Assembly: GCA_031553555.1 (NCBI GenBank)
Contig: JAVBLL010000018.1
Location: 62,191 to 126,190, forward strand
Length of the DNA stretch: 64,000 nt
Source: Bacilli bacterium
Lineage (GTDB): Bacteria; Bacillota_I; Bacilli_A; ML615J-28; CAG-698
Direction of reading: 5' to 3'
A model generated the notes under the pieces. It was given only the letters and a program-made list of their open reading frames with translations. It searched no databases and was not told where the DNA came from. The position numbers and the translations under genes are program-made. Position 1 is the stretch's first letter. Every line of letters begins with the position of its first letter. Below are positions 47,453 through 57,550 of this stretch, one piece after another.

Positions 47453-49642
47453 TTATATTTTTTTATATAAAATGATTTTAAAATCACAAGTTACATTTAA
47501 ATATGAGTACTGACCCAAATCATCTTTATGTTGTCCAGAATAATAATATGGTGTCATTTTTACTAAATCTTCCACTTCATTAACTCTAGCTCCGAAATTC
47601 AAATTTTCCTGATTAACTTTTATAAAGCCTGGAAACTCCAAATCTTCTTTTTCATTGCTTGTTACATCATCATATAGTAATTTCTTAAGTTCCATTAAAT
47701 GTCTTGGACCTGGTATGACTTTTAAAATATATTTTTTTGCAACACGAACAAACTCATCAGCACATGCAGGAGCAAAGACGTTAAGAATTAAATCATAACT
47801 CTCATCTTCAAAAGGCATATTATAAGCACTAGCAACTGCATAAAATATTTCTCTTTGGCTTTTTGCTGCCATTAATGTTGCATATTTGGAAATATCAATT
47901 CCTGCCATTTGAAAAGATGGAAACATTGCTTTGATTTTACGGTCATAATACCCATCTCCACAGCCAACATCAAGTAATGTAGATACACCCAAATTTGAAA
48001 GAAATTTGAAAAGAGTTTTTGCAAGAGGATTAAAATGCCCTGCTTTTAGAAAGTTTATTCTAGCGTCGACCATCATCTTATTATCGCCACTATTAGGTTG
48101 ATTTAAAAGTAAATTTATGTAACCTTCACTAGCAATATCAAAATTATGAAAATTGACACATTCATATTGCTGATTATTTTTCACTAATCTTTTGAAACAA
48201 GTAGGACATTTTAAATAATGATAAAGCGGATTAGGCTTTTCTTGCTTTGCAACATAGTTAATTCTATATTTTGGTCCATCTTCTTTTACGCATACATCAT
48301 TGTCTATCCTTAAAATATCTAAAATATCATCAAAACATCTATCTTGATAATCTTCTATTGTCTGTTCATAATCTAAACTTGTATTGATACTCAAAACATC
48401 AAGCATTGTTAATAATGGAAAATGAATTTTACCATTTTTGATTTTATAATCAATATATACTCGTCTACCATCAACATCGCCAAAATGGCTCGTTAGGTCA
48501 AAGGAAAAGCAATGAATTTTGTTTTTCCAATATTTATCTAATGCGCCTTTAATAACTTGCTCATGAATGTCAGCAATTCCACATTCTTGATATTTATAAT
48601 GTCCACCATTAGCAACATAAACCATTGCAAACTGTTCGTGTTTATTGAAAAGGATAAAACTTTTAACCCCATATGCATCACCAAAGTGACCATACAAACG
48701 TCGATTATCAAAATAATCCAAAATTTCAAGTTGCAAACCTTTGGCTGAATAACTACTATAATTCATTTTTGGACCATACCATGTTAATGACATCATTAAA
48801 TCAAAAGTATCTTTGCTAATTATTTGTTCATCATCTATCATCAAACTAGTTAAAATGCGCATTAGACTTTTAATACTTATAAATAACCCACCTGCAGGAC
48901 CACGATAATTATCACCTAAAGGGAATTTTTTATATTCATATTTTAAAAATGATTCTCTCGTACGATTTAATACTGTATCCTCTCCAACTGCTTTGTAGGT
49001 TGATGAAATATCTGTAGAAATAATATCTGAAGGAACAAATGAAGCATCAAGCATCATAGGTCTAAATATGATATCTTTAACATATTCAGTAAAGTATTGG
49101 CCAGTGATTTTTTCAATAATACATGCAAGTATTCCACAACCAAAATTAGAATACTCAAAATGTTTGCCTGGTTCATAATTACTGAAAGTATCTGCAGTCC
49201 ATTCTCTACTTCCTTCAACAAGTAAATCTTTTAAACTAACACTATCATTTGTTCCATTAACTTTGTTATATCCGGTATTTCTTTCGCTATTAACATCTTT
49301 TTCCTGACCATCAGTTATACTTGATGTTTGGGTCATTAACATTTTTATTGTAATTTTTTTATCTTTAAATTTAGGATTTCGAACTAGAAAACCTAAATAT
49401 CTACTAATATCTTCATCAAGAGATAAATCTCCTTCTTCATATAACCTCATTATACAAAGAGCAACGATAACTTTTGATACAGAAGCAATACGATAAATTG
49501 TATTGGGACTTACATGTTTCGCTGTTTCCAAATTGCTATAACCAAAATACAAATCCTCAACGATTTTTCCCCGGTACCATACATAACTATTTACGCCGAC
49601 AAGCTTACTATTCTCACATACTGTTTTAAATAATTGTTTCAT
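47453..49642 (-). CDS. Fusion protein: N-terminal serine hydrolase (beta-lactamase/PBP class C fold, SxSK + YxN) :: zinc ribbon :: C-terminal RlmA-type 23S rRNA (guanine-N1)-methyltransferase
   Basis: N: IASVSKVIV (SxxK), YSNFGCG (YxN). C: CPTCFKRL...ECVNFHNFDIASEGYINLL zinc ribbon, DVGCGDGYY SAM motif, GPRHLMELK. Each matches E. coli RlmA (CPLC...HQFDMAKEGYVNLL, DIGCGEGYY, GPRHLMELK). Confidence 0.75.
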   Translation of the reverse strand: MKQLFKTVCENSKLVGVNSYVWYRGKIVEDLYFGYSNLETAKHVSPNTIYRIASVSKVIVALCIMRLYEEGDLSLDEDISRYLGFLVRNPKFKDKKITIKMLMTQTSSITDGQEKDVNSERNTGYNKVNGTNDSVSLKDLLVEGSREWTADTFSNYEPGKHFEYSNFGCGILACIIEKITGQYFTEYVKDIIFRPMMLDASFVPSDIISTDISSTYKAVGEDTVLNRTRESFLKYEYKKFPLGDNYRGPAGGLFISIKSLMRILTSLMIDDEQIISKDTFDLMMSLTWYGPKMNYSSYSAKGLQLEILDYFDNRRLYGHFGDAYGVKSFILFNKHEQFAMVYVANGGHYKYQECGIADIHEQVIKGALDKYWKNKIHCFSFDLTSHFGDVDGRRVYIDYKIKNGKIHFPLLTMLDVLSINTSLDYEQTIEDYQDRCFDDILDILRIDNDVCVKEDGPKYRINYVAKQEKPNPLYHYLKCPTCFKRLVKNNQQYECVNFHNFDIASEGYINLLLNQPNSGDNKMMVDARINFLKAGHFNPLAKTLFKFLSNLGVSTLLDVGCGDGYYDRKIKAMFPSFQMAGIDISKYATLMAAKSQREIFYAVASAYNMPFEDESYDLILNVFAPACADEFVRVAKKYILKVIPGPRHLMELKKLLYDDVTSNEKEDLEFPGFIKVNQENLNFGARVNEVEDLVKMTPYYYSGQHKDDLGQYSYLNVTCDFKIILYKKI

Positions 49643-49678
49643 TTTCCACCTTTTTTATTGTATATATTTTATTAAATT

Positions 49679-51094
49679 TTAATTTCTCAATGCTATCATT
49701 CTTGCCACTTTTATACCATTTGCACCTGCTTGTGCGAGTCCCCTAGTAATTCCTGCACCGTCTCCTCCAACAAATAAATTATTTATTTTAGTCTCAAATT
49801 CACTGTTAACGTCAACACGGTCAGAATAGAATTTTGCTTCAACTCCATAAAATAAAGTATGATCATTAGCAATACCTGGTGTTACTGCATCTAGTGCTTC
49901 CAACATTTCAATCAATGATTTCATTGTATTATATGGTAAAATTAGCCCTAAATCTCCCGGCACAGCCTCTTTCAAGGTTGGTTTTACAAATCCTTCATCA
50001 ATTCGTTTTTGAGTACTGCGGCGGCCTTTTATGACATCACCATATTTTTGAATAATGACTCCACCACCACTTAATTTATTAGCCAAATGAGAAATCTCTC
50101 TGGCATATTCATTAGCATCCCTAAATGGTTCCTCAAATTGATGTGAAACTAATAATGCAAAATTGGTATTATTACTACCCAATTTTTCATCATGATAAGC
50201 ATGCCCATTACAAACCATAATACCATTCCAGTTTTCAACAACAACATGACCACTTGGATTAGAACAAAAAGTTCTCACTTGTGTGCCGACACTAGTATTA
50301 AAAATGAATTTTCCTTCATACAAGTGGCGATTAATTTCATCCATTACAATATCATTAGTTTCAACTCTCACTCCAATATCAACATGATTATTATGGAATT
50401 TCACTCCATGTTTTAACAAAGTCTCTGTTAGCCAGTTAGATCCTCCACGTCCTATCCCCAAAACAACATATTGGGCTAAAATTTTCTTACCACCAGCGAG
50501 TATTACACCCTTCACTTTATTATCCTCAACAATTATATCTTTAACTTCTGTTTTGAATAAATAATCTATTTTGTTTTTCATTTCTTCAAAAATACTTTTT
50601 AAGACTCTTAAATTTATTTCCGTTCCTAAATGACGCACTTCACTGCGAAGTAATTTTAATCCTACCGCAATTCCATGCTTTTCAATATTTAATACTTCTT
50701 TGGTATTTGGATTGGTTACTTCTTCTGGAGCTCCATGACTCAGATTAATATTATCAACATACCTAATTAACTCAATGACCTCATCATCTGTTATATACTC
50801 TCCCATCCAACCACCGAATTCATTAGTAATATTGAATTTACCATCTGAATAAGCTCCAGCACCACCAAACCCTGATGTAATAGAACAAGATGGTTTACAT
50901 CCACTATTTCCGTACATATCTTTGGGACATTGAGTAATCTTTTTTTCCAAAATGGGGCAAGTACGATTATATATATCAGTTCCCTTATCAATTAGTAATA
51001 CTTTTTTGTGTGGGCTTTTCATCATTAATTCATAAGCTGTGAAAATACCCATTGGCCCTGCTCCAACTATGACAATATCGTATGCTTCTTTCAT
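49679..51094 (-). CDS. FAD-dependent oxidoreductase (COG2509-type uncharacterised dehydrogenase, Cys-rich insert)
   Basis: Rossmann IVIVGAGPMG. CPILEKKITQCP...GCKPSC cluster. C-terminal GGDGAG. Confidence 0.65.
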   Translation of the reverse strand: MKEAYDIVIVGAGPMGIFTAYELMMKSPHKKVLLIDKGTDIYNRTCPILEKKITQCPKDMYGNSGCKPSCSITSGFGGAGAYSDGKFNITNEFGGWMGEYITDDEVIELIRYVDNINLSHGAPEEVTNPNTKEVLNIEKHGIAVGLKLLRSEVRHLGTEINLRVLKSIFEEMKNKIDYLFKTEVKDIIVEDNKVKGVILAGGKKILAQYVVLGIGRGGSNWLTETLLKHGVKFHNNHVDIGVRVETNDIVMDEINRHLYEGKFIFNTSVGTQVRTFCSNPSGHVVVENWNGIMVCNGHAYHDEKLGSNNTNFALLVSHQFEEPFRDANEYAREISHLANKLSGGGVIIQKYGDVIKGRRSTQKRIDEGFVKPTLKEAVPGDLGLILPYNTMKSLIEMLEALDAVTPGIANDHTLFYGVEAKFYSDRVDVNSEFETKINNLFVGGDGAGITRGLAQAGANGIKVARMIALRN

Positions 51095-51184
51095 ATTACC
51101 TCCTTGATATGATTAATTATATATATTATATCATAAAAATAGTTTAAATTCAATTATGCTCTTCCATTATAAATTACATTTACA

Positions 51185-52243
51185 TTATTTTTTAAGTTTT
51201 AATTTAGTTGCTGTAATTCCAGAAATCATAACTAGTTTTCTCATAATATAGTTATACATAAATGGGCATTTCAATAATCTCATACGTACTTTTCTACGCA
51301 AATGACTTGTATTATGATAATAATCAAGGTAGATATTTTTATTACTATTAAAGGCATTGGCTAAGGCTTCACTAGATAACAAAGCAAAACTAATACCTTC
51401 AAAGGAACTTGGACTAATAAATCCGGCTGCCTCACCAATCAGAAAAATAGTTTCTTCCCCTAAGCAGAAATTATTCCATCCTGGTCTAAAAACAAGACAC
51501 GCTTCAGTTAATGTTTCTTTTATATTTGGAATGATGTTCATTTCTAAACATCTTAATTTTTGGTTATTGAAAAAATATCTACTTTTTTTTGTATCAAATA
51601 TCCCACCATATATTAATTTATCATCTTTTTGGATAGTCCATGAACATATTTTCGAGGTTTTATGATCAAAAATGCATGTGTAAAAATCATTTCTATTATT
51701 GGTAACAAAGTGTTGTTGAATGGCCATATACTTTTTAATCTTATTGTTAGAAAAAAAAGTTTTCCTAACAATCGAAGATGCTCCATCCGCCCCAATAAGA
51801 TATGTACTTTGATAAATTCTCCCATCCAAAAGTCTAATATTATAACAACCTTTTTCTTTAATTATATTGATACATTTTCCTTGAACTTTCTGTATATTAT
51901 TGGGAACTAAAGATAATAGCCATAAATCAAATTTTTGACGATCCACATTTATATAATCTCTAGGATAATACTTTTCTTTTTTTGTTTCAATGTCTACTAC
52001 TTTTACAAATTTAACTTGTGGATTAACTAATATATTATTTGGTATAGCAATATTATAACTCTTAAATACCTTTTGAGTATCCTCAGACAATAACCCCCCA
52101 CACGGCTTAGATAAATTATTGTTATAAATCATAAGTATTTTTTTATTTGTTGAACCAATCATTCTTGCAAAATTGGCAGCTGACGGACCTCCACCTATAA
52201 TAATAATATCATAGCATTGTGTATTAGTAGTTTCTTTTATCAT
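51185..52243 (-). CDS. FAD/NAD(P)-binding oxidoreductase (geranylgeranyl-reductase / halogenase-like family)
   Basis: IIIIGGGPSA dinucleotide fold. GADGASSIVR motif. Confidence 0.55.
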   Translation of the reverse strand: MIKETTNTQCYDIIIIGGGPSAANFARMIGSTNKKILMIYNNNLSKPCGGLLSEDTQKVFKSYNIAIPNNILVNPQVKFVKVVDIETKKEKYYPRDYINVDRQKFDLWLLSLVPNNIQKVQGKCINIIKEKGCYNIRLLDGRIYQSTYLIGADGASSIVRKTFFSNNKIKKYMAIQQHFVTNNRNDFYTCIFDHKTSKICSWTIQKDDKLIYGGIFDTKKSRYFFNNQKLRCLEMNIIPNIKETLTEACLVFRPGWNNFCLGEETIFLIGEAAGFISPSSFEGISFALLSSEALANAFNSNKNIYLDYYHNTSHLRRKVRMRLLKCPFMYNYIMRKLVMISGITATKLKLKK

Positions 52244-52330
52244 TTTATCACCTATAATACTATTAATAGCATCCTCTAAATTTTTATCACTATATATTTA
52301 TTATACATAATTTTGAAAAAAACGCAAGTT

Positions 52331-52372
52331 AAAATAAAAAATCCTCAACGAAATTGGTTGAGAATTTTTTTG
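52331..52372. terminator. Bidirectional terminator
   Basis: Stem AATCCTCAAC/GTTGAGAATT followed by T7. A-run precedes. Confidence 0.6.
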
Positions 52373-52426
52373 TTTATAGCTTATATGCAATTATATATTA
52401 ATAAAATTATTTATATTATTTCAAGC

Positions 52427-54157
52427 TTAATAATTCACATATATATCTTCTAGAATATCCAAAGAACATGGTCCAGTTTCCAGATATATTGTGTGGAATA
52501 ATAGGTCACTATACTTATTACCCATTTTTTCTTTAAAAGCTGTTTTCATATCTTGAATTTTATAATAACTATAATAGTATTTCAAATAATTAGTTGGAAC
52601 TTCTATTAAATCATAATACAAATTTTGTAATTCTGAAGAACCTAAAGGACCATAATATGTATTGATAAATCGTTCAAATTGACTTATTGAATAATTATAA
52701 TAGTTAATATATATATCTGCAAGGCCAAGAATTAAATAATCCAATGAATTTCCTATTTCAAAAATTCTTAAATACCATGAACTATCCATTATAAAACTCA
52801 CTACATAATTTTCAACATAGGTTGCCCATCCTTCACTATATCCACCAAAACTTAAAACTTTTCGCACATTGGGAATGTCCGCTTGTTTTAAATAAACATG
52901 TTGAAGCAAGTGGCCTGGGTAACCTTCATGTGCAATGACTTGGTATGTATATGAATCGTTTCCAGAAACATTTTTTGGATTGATATAAATTGATTCTTTT
53001 TTTGAACCATCAATAGGAGTTAAAAAATACATTGCTGGTGAGGAAAAATCACTTAGTGCAGAACTAATTTCTGTAATACTATAATCTGGTTCTGTTTTTA
53101 AAGATGGGAATTTTCCATCAACTTTTTCAATGAAGAAAGGGATTAGTTGATCAAGCGCCATTCCTTCCATTAAATTACCTTTTTCCCAAAAATTATATAC
53201 TTTTGAATGGTAACGATAAATATTTTGTAAATCAAATATTGCTACTTCTAGTTTATCATTTAAATATTCTTCAACATCTTCAATACTTACATTAGTTCCA
53301 ATCTCATCTTGGAATAATAATTCATAATAATCATTACCATTTTCATAACCAGCTAAATTGCCTCTTTTGTTTTTATCATTTTGAAGTTTATTTATTTCAT
53401 CACCTAAGAAAACATAAGCCGGCAAAAATTTATTTTCAATCAATTCAACATTGCGACGTTTAAAACTTGCTTTTGCCTCATCATTTAAAAAACTAAGATT
53501 ATCAATTTTATCATTGAAAACAGGAATCAAATAACATTCGTCTTGGTTAGCCATTGCATAACATTGTTCAGCCGATCGTGACAAAATAGTATTGGCCATT
53601 TCCATTCCTTCATTAGCTTTTTCTTTTTCAAAAGAAATAATACTTTCAAAATTAGTTTGTGTTATTTCCAAATATGAAAAATAATTTTCAATGTCTTTTT
53701 CTCTATCAAACCTATACTCAGCAAGTATTAAAGGTAACTGACTTTGATATCCCAAATAACTACCTAAATTAGTTCCAAAATAATAATAACCTTCGTATGC
53801 AAGTTTCTTATCTATGTAATCTAAAATTATTTTTTTTGTTAACTTATTTTCTTTATTAATCTTATTATCTTTATATTTTTGAAGTTCGATTTTTACTTCT
53901 TTTAGTACTTCAAAATATGCATTCTCATTTGCCATTGAAAATTCATATGGTTCTACTACTGCATCCTCAAGACCATACTGTTCAGGATTATATAAAGAAA
54001 AATTAATATTAAGTGGGTCAGTTCCTAAAAAAAATAAAAACAATTCATCTTCTAAAATAGCAAATTCTTTATCTTTTTTACTATTTGATGTATCACCACA
54101 TCCAGTTATGAAAAAAAATCCTAGCAAGATTAAAATTAAACTAAATAATTTTTTCAT
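52427..54157 (-). CDS. DUF885-family lipoprotein (putative extracytoplasmic metallopeptidase-like, HExxPGH motif)
   Basis: Lipobox FFFITGCGD. HEGYPGHLLQH motif characteristic of DUF885. Confidence 0.55.
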   Translation of the reverse strand: MKKLFSLILILLGFFFITGCGDTSNSKKDKEFAILEDELFLFFLGTDPLNINFSLYNPEQYGLEDAVVEPYEFSMANENAYFEVLKEVKIELQKYKDNKINKENKLTKKIILDYIDKKLAYEGYYYFGTNLGSYLGYQSQLPLILAEYRFDREKDIENYFSYLEITQTNFESIISFEKEKANEGMEMANTILSRSAEQCYAMANQDECYLIPVFNDKIDNLSFLNDEAKASFKRRNVELIENKFLPAYVFLGDEINKLQNDKNKRGNLAGYENGNDYYELLFQDEIGTNVSIEDVEEYLNDKLEVAIFDLQNIYRYHSKVYNFWEKGNLMEGMALDQLIPFFIEKVDGKFPSLKTEPDYSITEISSALSDFSSPAMYFLTPIDGSKKESIYINPKNVSGNDSYTYQVIAHEGYPGHLLQHVYLKQADIPNVRKVLSFGGYSEGWATYVENYVVSFIMDSSWYLRIFEIGNSLDYLILGLADIYINYYNYSISQFERFINTYYGPLGSSELQNLYYDLIEVPTNYLKYYYSYYKIQDMKTAFKEKMGNKYSDLLFHTIYLETGPCSLDILEDIYVNY

Positions 54158-54173
54158 TATTTCTCCTTATTAA

Positions 54174-54899
54174 TTATTCTTCAGATTGTATATTATGATA
54201 TATCTCCTGTACATCATCGCATTCATCTAAAGTAGCCATTAGGCGTTCGTATTTTTGCTTATCATGCTCTTCTTCTAAAGTCACATATGTTGAAGGAATC
54301 CATGTAGTATGATCCTCTAAAAACTCAATTTCACCAAGAATATTTACTAAAGCATCCTTTACTGCACTATAAGATGTGTTTGGTGCAAATACAGAAACGA
54401 TACCATCTTCACATTGAATATCATTAACTTCGCAATCATTCATTAATAAACCTTCTAAAATCTCTTCTTCATTATTTCCTTCAAAACTAAAAACGGCTTG
54501 ATTAGAAAACATATGGGTTACAGAGCCACTAGCACCTAAATTACCACCACTTTTTGAGAAAGCTGTTCTAACCGAAGTTAATGTGCGATTATGATTATCC
54601 GTCAAACAATCGACTATCCATAATGAGTTATTAGGTCCAAAACCCTCATAACGCTCCGGTGAATATGATTCAGTGCTCCCACCTTTGGCTTTATCTATGG
54701 CTCTTTTTATAACATCCGCAGAAACTTGTTCTCTTTTAGCTTTTTCAATTTCTTTTTTCAATGTTTGATTTAAATCAGGGTCAGGAATACCCGATTTTGC
54801 AGCAACAAATATTGCTCTCCCCCATTTTGCATTTATCTTACTTTTTGCAGCGGCGGTTTTGGCCATTGATGCTGCGCGCACTTCATGTGCTCTTCCCAT
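54174..54899 (-). CDS. YebC/PmpR-family transcriptional regulator (YeeN subfamily)
   Basis: MGRAHEVRAASMAKTAAAKSKINAKWGRAIFVAAK...IDKAKGG closely parallels B. subtilis YeeN. Confidence 0.8.
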   Translation of the reverse strand: MGRAHEVRAASMAKTAAAKSKINAKWGRAIFVAAKSGIPDPDLNQTLKKEIEKAKREQVSADVIKRAIDKAKGGSTESYSPERYEGFGPNNSLWIVDCLTDNHNRTLTSVRTAFSKSGGNLGASGSVTHMFSNQAVFSFEGNNEEEILEGLLMNDCEVNDIQCEDGIVSVFAPNTSYSAVKDALVNILGEIEFLEDHTTWIPSTYVTLEEEHDKQKYERLMATLDECDDVQEIYHNIQSEE

Positions 54900-54949
54900 A
54901 AAAAAATCACCCTTTCAATTTCTATATATTTTTATTATACCATAAAATG

Positions 54950-54985
54950 GTAAAAAAGTAAAGACGCATTGCTTTACTTTTATAT
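54950..54985. terminator. Terminator between recD2/small ORF and yebC promoter region
   Basis: Stem AAAAGTAAAG/CTTTACTTTT with 8-nt loop. Confidence 0.5.
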
Positions 54986-54989
54986 ACTA

Positions 54990-55142
54990 CATAAACTTTT
55001 TCTTAAACTTTTTTATCATATTACATTCTTTCTCTTTTAAATCATTCACTGGCTTGCTATCACAATTCATTAAACACATTGCGCCAACAGTAGCTAGTGC
55101 ACCAACAGACATCATAATAATTGTTTTCTTAAAAAATTTCAT
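54990..55142 (-). CDS. Unannotated small ORF (51 aa) encoding a signal-peptide-bearing peptide
   Basis: MKFFKKTIIMMSVGALATVGAMCLMNCDSKPVNDLKEKECNMIKKFKKKFM. Hydrophobic N-terminus plus Cys. Weak GGGTG RBS. Below the ORF-track length cutoff. Confidence 0.3.
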
Positions 55143-55162
55143 AAAATCACCCTATATTATTA

Positions 55163-57541
55163 TTAGCTCTTTTTCATAAAATCATAAGGAGTAATATTTT
55201 CCATTTCTGTGATCATATTCTTTTCTGAATTTTCGAAATCTTCAATGCCAATATTTTCCAAATTATCATACTTATCATCTATTAATATCTCTTGAAAAGC
55301 ACTACTCATATCAAAAATCATATTAGGGTTTTCAATAATTGCTTTTAATCTTGATTGTAATTTGGTTTTTCTCTTTTCTTCTAGTTCAGATATTCCTTTT
55401 CTAAAAGCTTCAACATTACCAAGCATAATCAAAAATTTTTTGGCACGGGTAATTGCTGTATATATTAACTTTCTTTTCAACATTATATAATATTTAAAAC
55501 TAAAGGGCATAATAACTAAACCAAATTCACTTCCCTGAGCTTTATGAATAGATATGGCATAGGCAAGCGTTAAATCTTCAAGTTCGTCTTTTTCATAATG
55601 AACAATACCAAAATCAAAGGAAACATCTAAACCATTAAAAGTCGTTTCATTCATGTCGAATAATATTATTTGACCAATATCGCCATTCATAACTTGTTTT
55701 TCACTGCGATTAACTAATTGAATAACTTTGTCATTAATACGAAATCGTCGATGATTGTAACTTATTTCTTGACTATTCTTATTAAAAGCGTCTTGCATGC
55801 GGTAATTTATCGAATCTATTCCAATGATACCTCTATATAGCGGCACTAGTACTTGAATATCTTTGATAATATCCATACCAGATTCCATTCCCTGTTCAGT
55901 TACTTTAGTAATAAAATCAATCATTGTATCTTCATGACAGGAAATAAAATTACGGTCATGTTGTTTTTCCATAATATCAAATGGCAACTCGCCTTGATTA
56001 ATACTATGAGCTAAACTAATGATACTTGAGTCACTTGCTTGACGATGAATTTTATCTAAACGAATTGTCGTAATTTCTTTGGAATTAATTAAATCTAATA
56101 AAATATCACCAATGCCAACTGCTGGAAGTTGGTCAGCATCCCCAACAATTACTATTTTGGTAGTCGGTTGCAAACATGAAAATAGCAAAGCCGCTAAATG
56201 AATATCAACCATACTAAATTCATCAATTATTATCATCTTAGCATCAAGTGGGTTTTCCTCAGTTATTGTAAAACGTCCATTACCTTCATATCCTAAAAGT
56301 TTATGAATTGTTGAAGTGTTATGTAGTGTTACTTCCCTAAGACGTTTACTAGCTCTACCAGTTGGAGCAACTAATAAAATCTTATCACGGACCATTTCAC
56401 TTTGTTTGAACATATATGAATAGCAATCAATGATACCTTTGATGATTGTTGATTTACCTGTACCAGGACCTCCAGTAATTATAACAATTGGTTCTTTTAA
56501 AGCTTTTACAATTGCTTCTTGCTGTTTTGGACTATATTCAATTTTATTGATTCCCATAACTTCATTTAAAATTTGGGGAATTTTATCAAATGAATAATCT
56601 TTAGTTTCATTTTTTAAAAACTCAGCGAGTCTACGAGCAACTTTAATTTCATCATAATAAATATAATAATCAAAAAGATTTTCTTCTTCATCCATAATTA
56701 TCTTTTTAGTTTCAATTAAAAACTTTATAGCATCACTAAAGTTATCTTTATCCATTATTTCTAATGATTCATTTGCCATTTGCAAAGCTTGAGTACGTAG
56801 TTCTTTATAAGGAATATATGCATTACCAGTTGAGTAGGTTGATCTTTTTAAAACATAGAGAACTAAAGCTTGTAATCGCATGGGATCTTTTTTATCAATC
56901 CCTAGGTGGTCTGCTATATCATCGGCTCTTAAAAAGGCAATCCCTTCAATAAGATCAATTAACTGATAAGGATTTTTTTTAATAATTTGAAGTGCATCAT
57001 CTTTTAAAGCTTTTATTAATTTTACTGATAAACCCATTGTTAAACCTATGTTTAACAATCCTAGCAATTGATGTTCATTTTTATAATGAATTATTAAATT
57101 ATCATAGATGATATTTTTTTGTTTTTGAGTAATATCAACTTTATCTAAAACACTTTTATCATCAACAATTTGTTTTAAAGCACCGTCTCCTAAGCTTTCA
57201 AAGACCTTAGAAGCTGTAATACGCCCAATGCTCGGAAAAAAATCACTAGCAAGATAAGTAATAATGCCTTCCTTAGTTTCTTCACTGACTCTACGAAATG
57301 ATTTTGCTTTTAATTGATATCCATAACTTGAAGTCTCCATCTCACCATTAAACTCTAACTCTTCATCAACAATCGGTTTGCGATCAAAACTGCACAAAAT
57401 AGTTAATATATTAGAAAATAAAATACTTCGAAATTTTGCCATTTCACTATTTTTATAATCAAGTTTGATTTTTATAATCCCATAACCATTATCTTCATTA
57501 TAATAAACTATTTTATTAACGACCCCGCGCACAGTTTCCAT
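55163..57541 (-). CDS. recD2: ATP-dependent RecD2-type DNA helicase
   Basis: N-terminal OB/HhH region, Walker A ITGGPGTGKST, DEFSMVD, SF1B C-terminal motifs (TAITRAK). 792 aa. Confidence 0.85.
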   Translation of the reverse strand: METVRGVVNKIVYYNEDNGYGIIKIKLDYKNSEMAKFRSILFSNILTILCSFDRKPIVDEELEFNGEMETSSYGYQLKAKSFRRVSEETKEGIITYLASDFFPSIGRITASKVFESLGDGALKQIVDDKSVLDKVDITQKQKNIIYDNLIIHYKNEHQLLGLLNIGLTMGLSVKLIKALKDDALQIIKKNPYQLIDLIEGIAFLRADDIADHLGIDKKDPMRLQALVLYVLKRSTYSTGNAYIPYKELRTQALQMANESLEIMDKDNFSDAIKFLIETKKIIMDEEENLFDYYIYYDEIKVARRLAEFLKNETKDYSFDKIPQILNEVMGINKIEYSPKQQEAIVKALKEPIVIITGGPGTGKSTIIKGIIDCYSYMFKQSEMVRDKILLVAPTGRASKRLREVTLHNTSTIHKLLGYEGNGRFTITEENPLDAKMIIIDEFSMVDIHLAALLFSCLQPTTKIVIVGDADQLPAVGIGDILLDLINSKEITTIRLDKIHRQASDSSIISLAHSINQGELPFDIMEKQHDRNFISCHEDTMIDFITKVTEQGMESGMDIIKDIQVLVPLYRGIIGIDSINYRMQDAFNKNSQEISYNHRRFRINDKVIQLVNRSEKQVMNGDIGQIILFDMNETTFNGLDVSFDFGIVHYEKDELEDLTLAYAISIHKAQGSEFGLVIMPFSFKYYIMLKRKLIYTAITRAKKFLIMLGNVEAFRKGISELEEKRKTKLQSRLKAIIENPNMIFDMSSAFQEILIDDKYDNLENIGIEDFENSEKNMITEMENITPYDFMKKS

Positions 57542-57550
57542 ACTTCACCT

